The notes beneath the pieces were generated by a model that ran no database searches, was not told the DNA's origin, and worked only from the letters and a program-made list of their open reading frames with translations. This document shows, in pieces, positions 19,377-22,162 of a stretch of DNA of 22,162 nucleotides. This DNA is from Octopus sinensis (Eukaryota). The first letter of the stretch is position 1, and each line of letters begins with the position of its first letter. Both the position numbers and the translations under genes were made by a program. Location: NCBI RefSeq assembly GCF_006345805.1, contig NW_021836908.1, positions 1-22,162 of the forward strand. Reading direction: 5' to 3'.

Positions 19377-19759
19377 GGTGCAGGAGTGGCTGTGTGATAA
19401 GTAGCTTGCTAACCAACCACATGGTTCCGGGTTCAGTCCCACTGCGTGGCATCTTGGGCAAGTGTCTTCTACTATAGCCTCGGGCCGACCAAAGCCTTGT
19501 GAGTGGATTTGGTAAACTGAAAGAAGCCTGTCGTATATATGTATATATATATATATATGTATGTGTGTCTGTGTTTGTCCCTCTAGCATTGCTTGACAAC
19601 CGATGCTGGTGTGTTTACGTCCCCGTCACTTAGCGGTTCGGCAAAAGAGACCGATAGAATAAGTACTGGGCTTACAAAGAATAAGTCCCGGGGTCGATTT
19701 GCTCGACTAAAGGCAGTGCTCCAGCATGGCTGCAGTCAAATGACTGAAACAAGTAAAAG
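19377..19759 (+). mobile_element. SINE family A, full length
   Basis: All diagnostic blocks present. Confidence 0.93.
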
Positions 19760-19966
19760 TTCAAAAGTGTAGGTGGGTGTGGAGAAAGGATCGGTTATCA
19801 ATATTGTTATTATATGAAGTATATTGATGATGATTTTGGTATTGATAGCATTTTTTCTCTACGATCAAACCTAATAAAACAATTTCAACGTTGGCGCACC
19901 TTCCATTTGTTGTTGTTCTTGTACGGCTTAAAGGCACGTTTCTTTCCTGCCAAGCTTACTGTTTAA

Positions 19967-20187
19967 CCCTTTTGTTACTGTATTTATTTTGAGATGCTCT
20001 GTGTTTCTTTCAATTTATTCTAAATATAACAAAGAATTTAGTAAAATAACTTAGTTATTATTCAGCTAGTGTTAGGAACATAAATTGTGACTAAGGTTTG
20101 GTGGAAGATTTTAATTCAAAACTTATGAAAACAAGACATTTGTACTCAGAGCTAGAGGTGGTTTCAGCCGGGTTGGTAACAAAAGGG
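19967..20187. mobile_element. piggyBac-like MITE (221 bp)
   Basis: TTAA at 19963-19966 and 20188-20191; TIR CCCTTTTGTTAC / GTAACAAAAGGG. Confidence 0.88.
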
Positions 20188-20485
20188 TTAAACCATGTTT
20201 GTGTTCTCCCAGTCAACAGACTTATCATTACTGGTACTTTAAACTCTTCGGTTGCATATTTGTGTGAATAAAATCGCTTTTCTTTGGAATAGAAAAAAAG
20301 TCTATCTTTATTTCTTCTTTTGCTGGTGCCTCAAATTTAGGTCAAATCAGTTTTTCTCAAAGGGGAGGCCTATGGGACGGTCGGACAAGTTGTTTTGAGA
20401 AAATTTGGTTTAAATGTTTGACAACTCAGCACCGTCCATTGGATGGGGGGAGGGGGCGTTTTGCTCGTATCTTATATAATTCTAT

Positions 20486-20502
20486 ATTTTCTTCTTTTAC
20501 AG
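20486..20502 (+). promoter_or_regulatory. Candidate 3' splice acceptor for the second zinc-finger exon
   Basis: Long polypyrimidine tract ending TTTTACAG. Confidence 0.45.
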
Positions 20503-21013
20503 TTGTGCTGAGTGTTCCATCACAGCCTGTCATCCACAGAAATTCTGATTCTACCAGAATACCTGCAACCGGTCTTTTATGGATTTTTATTAACTCTATC
20601 CCCAATTCTTAATATGGACATAGAAACCTTTTTATCTACAATATCTGTAGCGCTTGTAGATATCCTTCCCAACCAGCAACAACCATTCTGAGGAATTACA
20701 GAGAAAAGATATTTACTTTGTATGTTTCCTGCATGTGTAAACAAAGTCCCATGATTTGGATATCGTAAGAAACTAAACCACAACAGATTATAACCACAAA
20801 CATTGTTTTTTAAGAATTTCTCTGGAGTTAATATGGAGGACGGTAATCTGTCAGACACTTCTAACACAGATATTTCTGAGAATTTAGAATCGGGTTTTAA
20901 ACAGATATCCAGTGCTGAGGAATGTTGTTATCACATGGTAAGAAGCTGTTGGAGAGAAATATTAATTGCGAAATTGATGGTGAATCTTTGTAAATTCAGT
21001 AATTGAAACAGAA

Positions 21014-21188
<175 letters not shown>

Positions 21189-22162
21189 AAAAAAAAATTC
21201 CACTGTAAAATATGTGGAAAGTCTTATATTCAGAACTGTCTACTCATTTACCATATCCGCACTCACACTGGAGAAAGGCCATTCCATTGCGAAATATGTG
21301 GAAAATATTTCTTCACAAACAGTCATCTAAAAGGGCACAAAAAGATTCATTCTGGGAAAAAGGAATTTAAATGTGAAATCTGTGGAAAGTCTTATTCTCA
21401 GAACTATCGACTTGTTTACCATATCCGTACTCACACTGGAGAAAAACCATTCCACTGTGTAATTTGTGGAAAGTCTTATTCTCGGAACTCTCAACTTGTT
21501 GACCATATCCGTACTCACACTGGAGAAAAACCATTCCACTGTGTAATTTGTGGAAAGTCTTATTCTCAGAACTATCAACTTGTTAGCCATATCCGTACTC
21601 ACACTGGAGAAAAACCATTCCACTGTGAAATTTGTGGAAAGTCTTATTCTCAGAACTCTCAACTTGTTAACCATATCCGTACTCACACTGGAGAAAAACC
21701 ATTCCACTGTGAAATTTGTGGGAAATGTTTTTTGAATAATGGTGGACTTGTTGCCCACAAAAGGGTCCACACAGGTGAAAAACCTTTTTCTTGTGATCTT
21801 TGTGGGAAATCTTACTCCGGTAGTTCTAATTTAAAAAAACATAAACTCCGACATATTGGTAAAAAAGAATTCCATTGTGAAACTTGTGGGAAATCTTATT
21901 TTAATAATGGTGATTTAAAAACGCACAAAATAGTCCATGATGGAGAAAAACAATTCCACTGTGAAATTTGTGGGAAAGGTTTTGTGAGAAATGTTGGACT
22001 TGTTGCCCACAAAAGGGTCCACACAGGTGAAAAACCTTTTTCTTGTGATCTGTGTGGGAAATCTTACATCTCTGGAAGTAATTTAAAAAGACACAAACTC
22101 CAACACATCGGGGAAAAAGAATTCCATTGTGACACATGTGGTAAATCTTATTTTGATAACAG
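21189..22162 (+). CDS. C2H2 zinc finger array, open frame without ATG, 11 complete fingers + 1 partial, continues beyond the window
   Basis: Stop-free from 21189: [69 protein letters not shown]; fingers start at 21198 + 84n. Confidence 0.85.

Noticed and set aside
6930-19599. Recurrent short ORFs such as MLGRQTQT..RQASFSFRLPNPLTR and MVVIPAVL..
   Set aside because: They are chance frames through SINE A and SINE B copies
20803-21006. 67-aa ORF as a KRAB, ZAD or SET effector domain for the second array
   Set aside because: No recognisable motif, and it is not in an uninterrupted frame with the fingers

Overview
AT-rich, repeat-dense animal genomic DNA. The SINE families, (TA)n arrays and tandem C2H2 genes fit an octopus or other coleoid cephalopod; this is inferred from recalled repeat families, not from a search. 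Host genes: an intact 12-finger C2H2 ORF (9181-10218, +) and a second C2H2 array (open frame 21189 to window end, +, no ATG, so missing from the ORF track) whose 5' fingers are frameshifted. Most of the rest is mobile DNA: three tRNA-derived SINE families, a (GAT)n-tailed LINE-like family, a decayed Penelope-like GIY-YIG element split by a SINE, a pogo transposase relic split by TTAA MITEs, a triplicated CR1 3' end, a hAT MITE, a 5S rRNA pseudogene and three long fold-back palindromes next to (TA)n tracts. Main observations: (1) five hammerhead-ribozyme-like folds, two in (TA)n-flanked mini-elements, one of these inside a 525-bp retrozyme-like tandem unit; (2) a PRDM9-like pattern in the second zinc-finger array, with near-identical 84-bp units differing almost only at DNA-contact codons; (3) a 5S rRNA/SINE-tail chimera stacked with SINEs at one target site. 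Frequent 1-nt indels between near-identical copies suggest long-read consensus error in parts of the window, so single-base lesions need read-level checking. All alignments and translations were done by eye.
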